DNA of 64,000 nucleotides from a bacterium (GCA_030583725.1 CP129472.1:529902-593901), one strand, 5' to 3'; positions 17,945 to 27,577 are shown, counted from the stretch's first letter. Notes: generated by a model from the sequence alone, not told the origin. Numbers and translations: made by a program.

Positions 17945-19318
17945 ATGAAAAAAGAAGACTACATTAAAACCTGGAAAGAAGTTTTGGAAATTATTAAAAT
18001 TTCTGTTTCTGAAGCATCTTACAAAACCTATGTTTCTCAAACACATCTTTCTGATTTGAAAGAAATAGGGGATAGAGTTATTGCAGAAATAGGGTGTGAG
18101 TCTTTTTTTGTAAAACAACAAGTAGAGCAAAGGTATGCAGGATTAATACAGGACACACTAACCAAACAACTAGAAAAATCAGTTGACGTTACTTTTATTG
18201 TTAAGCAGTCCACTGTTCACACAAAACAAACAGTGGAGACAATAACCCCACTTTTTGACACTCCTAAAATAGATAAGGAAGAGGTTGAAATGGCTATTAA
18301 AAGAGCAAACATTAGAACCTTTTTCACTTTTGAAAAATTTGCAGTATCAGGTAGTAACCAAATGGCCCACGCTGCTGCACAAGCCGTAGCTGAAAATCCC
18401 GGTGTTTCATACAATCCCCTTTTTATCTATGGTGGGGTAGGAGTAGGGAAAACTCATTTGATGCACGCAGTTGGTCACAACATGATACTTAAAAACACAA
18501 ATTCAAAAATTTTGGCTTGTACCGCAGAGGATTTTACAAATGACATTGTTGACGGAATTAGAAACAAAACAACCGCAGAGGTTAGGAAGAAATATAGAAA
18601 ATTGGACGCACTCTTTATTGACGATATCCAATTTATTGCGGGGAAAGACACTGCACAAGAGGAATTTTTTCATACTTTTAATGCAGTAACTTCAGCAGGT
18701 GGGCAGGTGATACTCACATCAGATAAACCTCCGACAGACATACCAAAACTAGAGGCAAGACTTAAAACCAGATTTCAAGCAGGTTTAATAGTAGACGTTG
18801 CTCCCCCAGATTTTGAACTACGCTCGGCAATTGTTCAAATAAAGGCAGAGGAGAGGGGAATAATATTAACAAGCGAGATGACTGCTTTAGTTGCAGGCAA
18901 TGTTGACTCTGCTCGTGGCATTCAAGGTTTTTTGGTCAAACTATTTACAGAGGTCAACTTTAACAAAAAGGAGGTAACAATGGACCTAATACAGTCACTT
19001 TTAGGTAAATCTGATGAAGTTGGTGAGACCAGGATTAAAATCAGTCCAGATGAATTGATTAATAAAATTGCAAAATATTACTCGCTAGGGAAAAGACAGT
19101 TACTAGGCGAGTCAAGACAAAGACCAATAGTCAGACCAAGGCAAATTTTAATGTACCTTTTAAAAACACAGGTTGGATTACCCCTTCAAGAAGTCGGTAG
19201 GTTAGTAGGAGGAAGAGATCATACTACAGTAATGCATGCTGTGGAAAAAGTAACCCAGTTACTCGGCAACGATGTGGATATCCAAGAGGATATTCGGGGG
19301 ATAAAAAATACACTTTGA
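17945..19318 (+). CDS. dnaA: chromosomal replication initiator DnaA
   Basis: Walker A 'GGVGVGKTHLMHAVG', 'ILTSDKPP', C-terminal 'DHTTVMHAVEKV' DnaA signature. Start placed at MKKEDYIKTW (17945), not the track start 17873, because a perfect DnaA box lies inside the 5' extension. Confidence 0.85.
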   Translation: MKKEDYIKTWKEVLEIIKISVSEASYKTYVSQTHLSDLKEIGDRVIAEIGCESFFVKQQVEQRYAGLIQDTLTKQLEKSVDVTFIVKQSTVHTKQTVETITPLFDTPKIDKEEVEMAIKRANIRTFFTFEKFAVSGSNQMAHAAAQAVAENPGVSYNPLFIYGGVGVGKTHLMHAVGHNMILKNTNSKILACTAEDFTNDIVDGIRNKTTAEVRKKYRKLDALFIDDIQFIAGKDTAQEEFFHTFNAVTSAGGQVILTSDKPPTDIPKLEARLKTRFQAGLIVDVAPPDFELRSAIVQIKAEERGIILTSEMTALVAGNVDSARGIQGFLVKLFTEVNFNKKEVTMDLIQSLLGKSDEVGETRIKISPDELINKIAKYYSLGKRQLLGESRQRPIVRPRQILMYLLKTQVGLPLQEVGRLVGGRDHTTVMHAVEKVTQLLGNDVDIQEDIRGIKNTL

Positions 19319-19524
19319 GGGTAACTTTATAAAGTTTTCAACTTATGCACATAAATCTACAAGTTATCCACATAATTATGCACAGTTTATCCCCTGCCTA
19401 AGACATGGCTGTTATCACCTTATCCACAGTTACTACTACTACCACTACTATTAATTATATGATATTAATACATTAACAATATTTGACTAAAAACAATATT
19501 AAAGAAAAATTTTAAGCCTTATTT
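19319..19524. promoter_or_regulatory. oriC candidate: DnaA-box cluster plus AT-rich tract between dnaA and dnaN
   Basis: Perfect TTATCCACA at 19364-19372 and 19420-19428. TTATGCACA (1 mismatch) at 19343-19351 and 19376-19384. Two weaker boxes at about 19387 and 19412. All are co-oriented and followed by an (ACT)n / AT-rich stretch at 19430-19520. Confidence 0.6.
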
Positions 19525-20628
19525 ATGAAACTAACTGTTTTACAAGAAAATCTACAAAGGGCCGTGACACTATCTTCACATTTTGTTTCTAGTAAAGCGC
19601 AACTACCAATATTAAGTAATATTCTTTTAAGGGCAAGTAAATCAAGACTTATTCTTAGTGCAACTAACCTAGAAACATCAATAACAACCTCAATTCCAGT
19701 AAAAATGGAGGGGGAGGGTGAAATTACTGTTAATGGAAAAACCTTTAATGACTTAGTATTAAATTTATCGTCGGGTTCAATAGATTTGGAAATAGATAAG
19801 GAACAGCTAAAAATATCTTCAAATAAATTCAAGTCAAATATTTTAGGTTCAAACACAGCGGACTTCCCTACTTTACCTTACGAAGTAGGAAAAAATACAA
19901 TAAAATTAAGGTCTAAGGATTTTGCAAAAGCACTTTCAAAAAGTTTATTTGCAGTATCAAACGATGAAACTAGGCCTATCTTAACTGGAGTTCTGTTTAT
20001 TTTTAGCGAGAATGAATTAAAACTTGTTTCAACAGATGGTTTTAGGCTTACAGAAACTAAGATTAAACTAGAGACTAAGCAAAAAGATTTTAAGATCATT
20101 ATCCCTAAGGCGATACTTAATGAGATATCAAAAGTGGATGAAGAAGAAATCTCAATGTCATGGGACAAAGAAAATAATCAAGTTGTTTTTGGGTTTGGGG
20201 ACACAATTCTTTCGTCAAGGGTAATTGAGGGAGAATTTCCAGATTATGAAAAAATAATTCCCCAATCTTCAATTTGTGAATTGATAATTGATAAAGAGGA
20301 AATTGAAAAAGCTATTAAAACAGCATCTGTATTTGCAAGAGAGTCTGGAAATATTATTAAGCTTCAGATTAAAAAAGAAACGTTAAAAATTACAGCAGAA
20401 AGTTCAGCTTCAGGTAATCAGGAAACAGAAATTGAAATTAAAACAGAAGAATTAAAGCAAGAGGCAATTGATGTAATGTTTAACTTTAGATTTTTAGAAG
20501 AATTTTTAAAAATTGTAGAAGCAGATGAAATTAAAATGTTTGTATCAGATAACAACAAAGCTTCAAAATTCCTAGATCCTAAATCCCCTAACCTAATTCA
20601 CATTATAATGCCTATAAAAACAAATTGA
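19525..20628 (+). CDS. dnaN: DNA polymerase III beta sliding clamp
   Basis: 367 aa. 'MKLTVLQENLQRAV...LPILSNILL' N-terminus. Three-domain length. Directly after dnaA. Confidence 0.85.
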   Translation: MKLTVLQENLQRAVTLSSHFVSSKAQLPILSNILLRASKSRLILSATNLETSITTSIPVKMEGEGEITVNGKTFNDLVLNLSSGSIDLEIDKEQLKISSNKFKSNILGSNTADFPTLPYEVGKNTIKLRSKDFAKALSKSLFAVSNDETRPILTGVLFIFSENELKLVSTDGFRLTETKIKLETKQKDFKIIIPKAILNEISKVDEEEISMSWDKENNQVVFGFGDTILSSRVIEGEFPDYEKIIPQSSICELIIDKEEIEKAIKTASVFARESGNIIKLQIKKETLKITAESSASGNQETEIEIKTEELKQEAIDVMFNFRFLEEFLKIVEADEIKMFVSDNNKASKFLDPKSPNLIHIIMPIKTN

Positions 20629-21225
20629 CTATCTCGATAAATCTGGAGTTTTGTCGTATCCAACTGCGTAATTACTCATAAAATCTTCTAACAAAACAGG
20701 TTTAAAATACCAAACCTCACTTACTCTAAAAGAGTTTGTGTGGGAAATAAAAGCAATACCCTTACTTGGATAAGCGTTTAGTGTGTAACCAACAGAATAG
20801 TCTGGGCCATAGAGAATATTTTCCGGGTTACCATAAAGGGAGACAAAGTCTTCCTTGTATTTATTGTCTTTGTTTGTGTAAACAACTTTTAGATAACTTA
20901 ATCTGTTGTCTATGATGATAACTTCAGAGTTAAAATTAGGGTTTGATGATAAGTATTCGTAAGTTTCCATATTCCCGTCCAGTTTTGCTTTTATTGCTGT
21001 CCCCATTCTAGATAAAACTTCTTCTTTTGAGCTTGTTCCAGGTGTTAATTCGTTGTATGTAGCAACATCATTATTTATTGGAAGATGTGTTGGTGTCGAG
21101 CCCTTATCTTTTCTGGTTAAAATAACTATAAAGAATAAAATAATTACGAAAAAAATTATAAAAAACTTTTTGTTATTTATAATATATAAAATTATGTTTT
21201 TCATCTTATCTAAATAATACATCAT
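20629..21225 (-). CDS. hypothetical membrane-anchored protein, last gene of the T4SS-like operon
   Basis: 198 aa. N-terminal TM, then an extracytoplasmic domain. Overlaps the upstream gene by 20 nt. Confidence 0.3.
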   Translation of the reverse strand: MMYYLDKMKNIILYIINNKKFFIIFFVIILFFIVILTRKDKGSTPTHLPINNDVATYNELTPGTSSKEEVLSRMGTAIKAKLDGNMETYEYLSSNPNFNSEVIIIDNRLSYLKVVYTNKDNKYKEDFVSLYGNPENILYGPDYSVGYTLNAYPSKGIAFISHTNSFRVSEVWYFKPVLLEDFMSNYAVGYDKTPDLSR

Positions 21226-23953
21226 TCATAAATTTATAGTGTGCTGGATTTCTTTGTCTAAAATTTCCACATCTATCGTCGGCATAGAAAGCAGCAGCTT
21301 CAGCAAATCTTTCTGAATATGGCCATGCACCGGTCTTTGTTATGTAGTCGTAAAAACAATATGGGTGAGGCTCGTTTGTTATTCCAGGATAGCTTATATA
21401 TTGGTTATACCAACTGTCATCATTTGTAGCTAGAACATGAGCTAATTCATGGAAAAGAATATAATTAGTATCTCTTTGGTTAGCTACACCCCTACTGTAT
21501 AATCTTACGTATCCATCTTCCCACCAACCCCAATAGTTAGGGTCATTTCCTGCATATCTAATATCAACACTTTTTCCACCAAGACTTGCACAGATTTTTG
21601 ATGCATATCCATTATATTCACCTTGCAAGGTAGATATTGCACCTAAAATGTATGAATATTGATCTGCGCTAAAGCCATTTTCGACGATATTGAAACATTG
21701 GTTGGGTGGGTTACCGATTCTAATTGACGCTGCACCTGAAGTTGTTTGTTCACCGCCCTCACCTGCTGTTGCTGTAACTTCAAAAGTGTTTACTACAAGA
21801 GCGTCTGTCGTAAAAACGTTGTAGGTGTTTTCATATGTTATTACATATGGTGACGCAACAGAAATTGCATCAGGGACAACAAAAGAAGATGTTGTACAAG
21901 GAGGAGTTGATGCCTCTTGAACAATTTTACAAGTGTCCTTAAATGAAATATTTGTTAAGGTGTTTCTCTTTGCGGTTATTGTGACGGTATACTTAATTGT
22001 TAAGGGTAAATCACTGTTTTCAAATGGCCCACTTGGCTCTACTGTTTTAATAACGCTAATATATGGGTTTGAAGATTGACTTAGTGACGGCGGGGCTGGT
22101 GGTATAACATATGCACTGTTGTTTATGACAAGCATTATAAAAGCAACAAGTGGAGGGAGAACTAAAAGAGTAACTATTACAGGGGTTGCAATGGCAATTC
22201 CTACCGATCTACCAATAAAACCAAGTATTCCAAAAGCACCGGTTGCCAGTGTCCCAAATCCCACTGTTGCTCCAGCAACTACAAGGCCAATACCCAGACC
22301 TGGTCCTGCACCAAAAAGCAATGCACCCAATGTTCCAGCACCAATAGCAATTGCTGGGCCCACTTTATCTTTGTTTTCCGTCCACCAAACTTTGAGTTTT
22401 GACATTGCGGCTGAAAACACTTGTCCTCCAACCATTCCAGCTACAGCTCCTATTATTGTTCCCACAACAGGGACAACACTTCCTGCAGCGGCCCCCGCAG
22501 CCCCTCCTGCAAAAGCTTCAGCCGCCATGACACCACCAGTAAGAGCTACTGATGTATATGTTGATGCGGCTTGGGCTGCGATACTTGCTCCAATCGTCCC
22601 CCCTGTCACTGTTGATATGGGTGTGACCAGTTGTGTCTTACTAAATCTACTTGCCAAATACAAAACTGGGTTTGCGGTATTTGGGGCGATTCTTACCATA
22701 AAACTTGAAAATTCACCTAGTTGGCTTGTTGCTTGCCAAGCAACAGGACTTGTCAAGCCATACCTTGCAAAAATACTTTGAACAATTGGGTCCGAATATG
22801 CCTTTTTAATTAAGCTCCCAGTTGGTAGTTTTGATATCTTTTCTGCTATGTAGCCCCTTGCATTACTCGTAAATCTACCATAAAAATACTCCCTTGATTT
22901 GTCAGAGCCAAAACCCTTAATGTTTTCTAGAAACTGGTTTTGATGGTTCCGTTGCTGTATTGAAATTTGATTTAATGAACCCAGATCAATCTTGTGTGTT
23001 GTTTGACCATCGATTTTATTATCGCTTAGTATAGTTTCAAAAGACCTTGGTCCGTAAATTGCAGAAGTAATATTATTGCCAAAAATACTTTGGGAAATTT
23101 TCTCACTAAAAACTAAGGGCTCCGTGTTTGTTTGTTGTAATAAAATGGCATTTTCTTTCGTTAGTACTGCTAGTCGATCATCATTAAGGTTGTTTGATAA
23201 AACATTTTGTCCATCTTCGTTAACTGATTTTAAAATTGAATTTTGGATCAGATTCTCGTATGTCTCTTCAGGTTTAGCTATTTTTTCTACAATTTCCACG
23301 GCCGTAGTGGTTATTAAAAGCTCCTTTTGCTCAAGTGATAGGTTGTCAAGTTCATGACCCAATTCTCCTTCGATTTTGGTTGCAAGGTCGGAAATTAAAA
23401 TTTGTTTAGGTGAAAGTTCACCCGTGTTTTTAGAAGTATCGTTTTGTGCGTACTCTCTCAAAACTTGTAAATCTTTTTGTTCAATTTCATCAAGGGGTAG
23501 TGGTTCCGGTAAAACGACTTTGGCGTAAATAACCTTATTTCTTAATTTTTCTTGAAGTTTTTGGGCTGTCGCAATTCTTTCTTGGTTTTGTTTTATAAAA
23601 TCATCGATTGTTTGCTTTTCTCTTGCTCTGATGTCTATGTTTTGCTGAGTTCTTTTGTCTGCAGCTTCCCCGAAATATTTCAATTGTTCAGGGGTTAAGG
23701 TAGAATTCACAGGCATGTCATTTGGCCTGTTTATTTCCGAAAACTTAGGAACTTTTATTAATAGCTCATAGGCCTGTTGCAGTTTTAGCTCAACCTCTTT
23801 TGGTGTTAGTCTTGAAGAAATTCCAACACTTTCTAAACGTTTGTTGAAACTAGCAATTTGTTTATTATAAATCGCCTTATCCCTTAATTTAAAATTTTCA
23901 TCAAACAACCTCCCAAAATCGGTTTGAAGTGATGTGACAGTGTTTAAATCCAT
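21206..23953 (-). CDS. large T4SS-associated membrane protein: coiled-coil N-domain, Gly/Ala-rich polytopic segment, C-terminal HExxH metallopeptidase-like domain
   Basis: 915 aa. Residues about 440-610 form Gly/Ala-rich TM helices (VirB6/TrbL-like feel). 'NYILFHELAHVLATND' HExxH sits in a Cys/Trp/Tyr-rich extracellular C-domain. Confidence 0.4.
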   Translation of the reverse strand: MDLNTVTSLQTDFGRLFDENFKLRDKAIYNKQIASFNKRLESVGISSRLTPKEVELKLQQAYELLIKVPKFSEINRPNDMPVNSTLTPEQLKYFGEAADKRTQQNIDIRAREKQTIDDFIKQNQERIATAQKLQEKLRNKVIYAKVVLPEPLPLDEIEQKDLQVLREYAQNDTSKNTGELSPKQILISDLATKIEGELGHELDNLSLEQKELLITTTAVEIVEKIAKPEETYENLIQNSILKSVNEDGQNVLSNNLNDDRLAVLTKENAILLQQTNTEPLVFSEKISQSIFGNNITSAIYGPRSFETILSDNKIDGQTTHKIDLGSLNQISIQQRNHQNQFLENIKGFGSDKSREYFYGRFTSNARGYIAEKISKLPTGSLIKKAYSDPIVQSIFARYGLTSPVAWQATSQLGEFSSFMVRIAPNTANPVLYLASRFSKTQLVTPISTVTGGTIGASIAAQAASTYTSVALTGGVMAAEAFAGGAAGAAAGSVVPVVGTIIGAVAGMVGGQVFSAAMSKLKVWWTENKDKVGPAIAIGAGTLGALLFGAGPGLGIGLVVAGATVGFGTLATGAFGILGFIGRSVGIAIATPVIVTLLVLPPLVAFIMLVINNSAYVIPPAPPSLSQSSNPYISVIKTVEPSGPFENSDLPLTIKYTVTITAKRNTLTNISFKDTCKIVQEASTPPCTTSSFVVPDAISVASPYVITYENTYNVFTTDALVVNTFEVTATAGEGGEQTTSGAASIRIGNPPNQCFNIVENGFSADQYSYILGAISTLQGEYNGYASKICASLGGKSVDIRYAGNDPNYWGWWEDGYVRLYSRGVANQRDTNYILFHELAHVLATNDDSWYNQYISYPGITNEPHPYCFYDYITKTGAWPYSERFAEAAAFYADDRCGNFRQRNPAHYKFMNDVLFR

Positions 23954-23955
23954 AA

Positions 23956-25821
23956 TTACTCCTGTCTATTCCAAGCCTTGGTGTTTGGCATTGTACTAGT
24001 AGGTATGTCTTGTGGTTTGGTGTTTATTAATTCATGTTCTGCTTCTGAGGCAACAATTCTAATTGGTGCATGATGTGGTCCTGCAAAAAATATTCCCTCA
24101 CCTACGTTTGCAGCCATTAGAAGTTGTTTTTCTCCTTGAGAAAGATAGAATATTTCACCTAGTTTGTCTATGGCTGTTGGAGATTGCTTTAAAAGTAAAC
24201 GTAATGCAGAGTTTGTAACAATTGCCTTACCAATGTCTTGACCTAAAAAGTCTTCAACATCCTGGGTAATTGTAGTTAGACCTAGATAGTATTTTCTTGC
24301 CCGTTTAACAACAGACCAAAGGAACTGTGCAGTATCTGGATATTTCATCATTTGCCAAGCTTCTTCAACAATTAGGATTCTTCTTTTGATATCTCTTTTA
24401 ACTCTGGTCCAAATATAGTCAAGAATCATAAACATGATAATTGGACGTATTGCGTCTTGAATATCTTTAACTGAAAAAACAGTAAATGGATTATTTAGAT
24501 CAATGTTAGTTTGTTTGTCAAAAATTCCTTGAAATGAACCTCTAATAAACTTTTCAATACGTGAAGCAAGGTCAAGTGCTTCTGGAACCTCCATCCCAAT
24601 TAATGTTTTATAAAGATCCTCCATTAAAGGTGGTTCTTTTGATTGTGTGTCCGGGTCATTAGTAATCCCCTTTGCTTTATAAGTCATAATTAGGGCTCTG
24701 TCTAACATGGCCTCTTGAGTTGGAGATATTTGACCCATTATTACTTTCATCAAAGAATGAAGTGATAATATTTTTAGTCCTAACTGGTTCTCACCTTCTT
24801 CTCTAATTTGTGTTAGGTCAAATGGGTTGATTTTTGCGGGGCTATTATATGAAAAAGCGATATACTGACCGCCAACTGCGTCACAAAGGGCTTTATACTC
24901 TGCTTCAGGGTCTAGAATGATAACTTCTGAGCCGATCATCAAGGACCTAACTGCTTCTGTTTTAACAAAATAAGATTTACCTGCACCTGACGTGGCAAAG
25001 ACTGTCATGTTTCCATTTTCCAAACTAAATCTGTCAAAGATAATAAAAGATTCATTTTGAGAGTTAATACCATAGAGAACACCTTTATCTGATGAAAGTT
25101 CAGCAGATGTAAATGGAAAAGTTGTAGCTACTGATGTTGTATCCATATTTCTTGTAATTGCTAATCTGTCTTGCCCATATGGTGCAGTTGAAAGAAATCC
25201 TTCTTTCTGGTCAAGTGTTGCGTTTTTAGAAACAATTAAAAGTGAACCTAGTGTTGATTGGACCTGTCTTGTGACATTGTTTAATTCGTCAAGGTTGTTG
25301 GCTGGTATTGTGATATAGAAAGAAAATTCGTAGTACCTCTCAATTCCTTTGACAAGTTGCTCCTGTAGTGCCCTCGCATCTTCCAGTTTTGCAGTTGTTG
25401 ATGGGTCAACTATTTTCCCTCTTTGCATATCTGTTGAAAGCTCCGCCTCCATTTCTGCAATCTTGCGTCGAAGATCGTCTAATACAGACTTACCCGCAAC
25501 AGGGTAAATATAAAAACTCATGTCTAAGGAGGAATTAAAATTAACAACTGGTTCAAGCCAACCAGGGGCAACAAACCTAGGATAGCCTGCTATGAAAATG
25601 GTTCTATAGTAGACATTGTTTATTTTTACGTGGTTGAAATCAACTTCAACGTGGTCGGATGCAATTGCATCATGTAACAACATCTCTTTGCTTGCGATAG
25701 TGAGATTAGGGTTTGTCACCCTAGGTTTATAACCCGTCAGTGGTTTGTTGTCAGTTTTTGGTGGCACGGCAACAGTAATTGGCTGCTTAATGTTTGTTGG
25801 TGGTGTTAAATCGTTTTTCAT
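23956..25821 (-). CDS. virB4: type IV secretion ATPase VirB4/TrbE/CagE family, C-terminal two-thirds
   Basis: 621 aa. 'YRTIFIAGYPRFVAPGWLEPVV' VirB4 mid-region. Walker A 'FATSGAGKSYFVK'. Walker B-like 'RILIVEEAWQMM'. Confidence 0.7.
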   Translation of the reverse strand: MKNDLTPPTNIKQPITVAVPPKTDNKPLTGYKPRVTNPNLTIASKEMLLHDAIASDHVEVDFNHVKINNVYYRTIFIAGYPRFVAPGWLEPVVNFNSSLDMSFYIYPVAGKSVLDDLRRKIAEMEAELSTDMQRGKIVDPSTTAKLEDARALQEQLVKGIERYYEFSFYITIPANNLDELNNVTRQVQSTLGSLLIVSKNATLDQKEGFLSTAPYGQDRLAITRNMDTTSVATTFPFTSAELSSDKGVLYGINSQNESFIIFDRFSLENGNMTVFATSGAGKSYFVKTEAVRSLMIGSEVIILDPEAEYKALCDAVGGQYIAFSYNSPAKINPFDLTQIREEGENQLGLKILSLHSLMKVIMGQISPTQEAMLDRALIMTYKAKGITNDPDTQSKEPPLMEDLYKTLIGMEVPEALDLASRIEKFIRGSFQGIFDKQTNIDLNNPFTVFSVKDIQDAIRPIIMFMILDYIWTRVKRDIKRRILIVEEAWQMMKYPDTAQFLWSVVKRARKYYLGLTTITQDVEDFLGQDIGKAIVTNSALRLLLKQSPTAIDKLGEIFYLSQGEKQLLMAANVGEGIFFAGPHHAPIRIVASEAEHELINTKPQDIPTSTMPNTKAWNRQE

Positions 25822-26519
25822 ATGTCTTTCTTTACTGCTGGTGGTTCAGGGTTGTTTATTGAAAAATAAAGATCAATTAGCTCTTCAGTTTTTAGTTGTT
25901 TTAATTTTAAACCTAGTCTTCCCGCCTGTCTTATCAAGTGGTCTCTTTTGGGAAACAAAGTAACCTTTGCCTTTTTTAATACATAATCCTTTGAAAAAGG
26001 TAATGGACCCTTTTTCAAAACTGACTGCGCTGATTTAGTAACTCCAAGTTCGAGTTGATTAAAAGGTAAAACAATGAAAAACCTTTTACCCAAAACTGTT
26101 TTTTTCTTAATAGATTCTGTTATAAATTTTCTATAATCGTCAGTAATTGCTTTTAGTCTTGGGTTTGTGATTTTTGCAGATTGTTCATCAAAGTAATTAA
26201 TATATCCTGAGATGTTTTTTCTTTGTGTCCTAACCATAATTTGAATTGAAAAAGAGAGTGAATTGATTAGTGCTGCGTATGCTGCAACCACAGCCCCCTG
26301 CTCTTTTTCTGAGAGTAACCCAAAATTTAAAGATGATGTTTCAAGTACAATTGCTGCTCCCCCATCCTTATACAAAACCACATCATCTAAAATATCAGCA
26401 ATCGGCAAAAAGTCTTGAGTTGTTGATGTTAGGGGTATGTCTGGAGTACCAAAGTAGGGAATTTTTGAAATAAATCCTTTAACGTTGTTTGTTACTGGTG
26501 TCTGTGTTGTATTATTCAT
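25818..26519 (-). CDS. probable VirB4 N-terminal domain encoded as a separate ORF
   Basis: 233 aa. Ends in ATGA, overlapping the start of the ATPase ORF. 233 + 621 aa is about full VirB4 length. 'IADILDDVVLYKDGGAAIVLETSSLNFGLLSEKEQGAVVAAYAALINSL' resembles the VirB4 N-terminus. Confidence 0.4.
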   Translation of the reverse strand: MNNTTQTPVTNNVKGFISKIPYFGTPDIPLTSTTQDFLPIADILDDVVLYKDGGAAIVLETSSLNFGLLSEKEQGAVVAAYAALINSLSFSIQIMVRTQRKNISGYINYFDEQSAKITNPRLKAITDDYRKFITESIKKKTVLGKRFFIVLPFNQLELGVTKSAQSVLKKGPLPFSKDYVLKKAKVTLFPKRDHLIRQAGRLGLKLKQLKTEELIDLYFSINNPEPPAVKKDI

Positions 26520-26539
26520 AATTTATTATAAATTCTTAC

Positions 26540-27577
26540 CTATATTTTTGTTCCTCTAATTGCTATTGCAGGTATCATCTCTCCCTTGGCCTCAAATGAA
26601 ACTGGTTCAAAGTTAAAACCTGTCTTTTCAACTGTAACTTCATATCTACCATTTGCAAGTGATGTAACAATTATAAAATGCCCAGCCTTGTTGCTTTTTA
26701 AGGCCCTAACAGGTCTACCTGTTGAATCTTTGATTTCTAGGATTGCACCCTCAACAATCTTTCTGTCTTGGTCCATAACTTGACCCACAATTGTGTTGAT
26801 GGCAATTGGTGGTGAGGGTGGAGCAGCATCAACTGAAAACTCCGCAATGTCAGAAGTAATTGTTTTCTCCTCAATTTTTTGACCTTCAATACTAGTAATT
26901 TGAGCCTGTGCACCAGAAGCTTGACGAGATGGAGTTTCTTCAACTACTAACTTTGGTGCAGATCTGGTAACAACAGTAGGAATTTGTTGTGGCACAGATA
27001 AAGAAGGATTAGGACTTTGGTTTACAGGTGCTGGTATATTACCTAGATCAACCTTAGGTGTGGGAGCTGTTGTGGTAATAGGTGTATTACTTGGTACAAC
27101 AGATGGTTGGGCTGGGCTTGTTGGTGGAGGTTGTCCACTAATGGAGAACAATCCACTAATTTTTTGTAAAAATGATTTTTCTAATTCTTCAAACTTTGTT
27201 GTGTTTTGTTCTGTAGTTGTTGGTGAAGCACTTGTAATTGACTGAACAGGTGGCGCAACAGCGGTTTCAGTGTAAAAACTTAAAGGCTTATCAGTTTTTT
27301 TCCAAGTAAACAATGTTGGAGAATATATACTTCTAAAAAAAGCAATAATCCATCTCTCAAGTGGCCTTTCTTCAAAAGGTAGAAAAGCCATTGCAGCACC
27401 TAAACCCGCAGACAGGAAAATAATTGGCCACTTTATTATTGGATGTAGGGGAGTGGAGTAAAAAATCAAAGAAATAATAACACCACCAGCTACCTGAAAA
27501 AATTGTTTTAAAGTCATATCTCCAACCAATTTAAATTGATATGAGCTTATTTGCTGTGGTATTGGATGTTGTTCCAT
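26540..27577 (-). CDS. T4SS-associated membrane protein: two N-terminal TM helices (VirB3-like position), Pro/Thr-rich linker, C-terminal carboxypeptidase-regulatory-like beta domain
   Basis: 345 aa. First gene of the operon, directly upstream of the VirB4-N ORF. The C-terminus 'GQVMDQDRKIVEGAILEIKDSTGRPVRALKSNKAGHFII...GRYEVTVEKTGF' matches the CarboxypepD_reg pattern. Confidence 0.35.
   Translation of the reverse strand: MEQHPIPQQISSYQFKLVGDMTLKQFFQVAGGVIISLIFYSTPLHPIIKWPIIFLSAGLGAAMAFLPFEERPLERWIIAFFRSIYSPTLFTWKKTDKPLSFYTETAVAPPVQSITSASPTTTEQNTTKFEELEKSFLQKISGLFSISGQPPPTSPAQPSVVPSNTPITTTAPTPKVDLGNIPAPVNQSPNPSLSVPQQIPTVVTRSAPKLVVEETPSRQASGAQAQITSIEGQKIEEKTITSDIAEFSVDAAPPSPPIAINTIVGQVMDQDRKIVEGAILEIKDSTGRPVRALKSNKAGHFIIVTSLANGRYEVTVEKTGFNFEPVSFEAKGEMIPAIAIRGTKI

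Noticed and set aside
22119-22781. 220-aa Ala/Pro-rich plus-strand ORF
   Set aside because: Antisense shadow of the Gly/Ala-rich TM-coding core of the 915-aa gene. Its composition is the complement of GGN/GCN codons.
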